A stretch of 63,977 bases of DNA, the filler included, from Octopus bimaculoides (Eukaryota), in the NCBI RefSeq assembly GCF_001194135.2. It is 8 parts of 7 records of this genome, joined end to end, with 100 filler letters (N's around TTAATTAATTAA, not from the genome) between each part and the next. Parts side by side here need not be neighbours in the genome. Positions count along the whole stretch, not along the records: positions 62,973 to 63,977 come from NC_068993.1; 7 more parts are not named here. One strand, written 5' to 3'. Under the pieces are notes generated by a model. It saw only the letters and a program-made list of their open reading frames with translations, ran no database searches and had not been told where the DNA came from. The stretch's first letter is position 1. Every line of letters starts with the position of its first letter. Below, in pieces: positions 63,763 through 63,977 of this stretch. Position numbers and translations under genes: made by a program.

Positions 63763-63977
63763 CAAAGAATATATATACATGTATACACATATATATGTAC
63801 ATACTTACATCTACATGTGTATATACATGCATATCAGGGTACAGGACGTTAGAACAATAAACTACAGACAACGGAACGAACATATAGGAAAACGGAAAGC
63901 CACTTGGAATATCCCTTCATCAGCTGTCTCTATTCTATCTAGACGTTTCGAAGATAAGACAGAACGTACTCTAGAAT

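Overview
This is AT-rich, microsatellite-saturated metazoan genomic DNA with many N gaps. The repeat families look like those I recall from octopus genomes, but the species call is an inference. There are no prokaryotic features, and almost all long ORFs in the track are microsatellite or N artefacts. Host gene content: at least three phase-compatible coding exons of an unidentified + strand gene (22992-24748, possibly also 29057-29145), weaker candidate exons of a convergent - strand gene (45650 to ~31370), and a tRNA-Arg(UCG) with a damaged acceptor stem (47381-47453, -). The rest is a transposon graveyard: CR1 reverse transcriptase, two RTE fragments, two R4/Dong-like restriction-like endonuclease (REL) fragments, a Penelope GIY-YIG fragment, a mariner C-terminus, several MITEs, a tandem Helitron cluster, and four SINE families that I label A-D. 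The most notable unannotated signal is structured RNA. A complete type I hammerhead ribozyme with a palindromic stem III and a long extended stem I lies at 32502-32598. A second dispersed family carries a minimal variant-core hammerhead-like motif in four copies (29502, 40305, 46405, 51973). They occur in a region that also has Penelope coding remnants and perfect palindromes, consistent with Penelope-like or retrozyme-type elements in introns.
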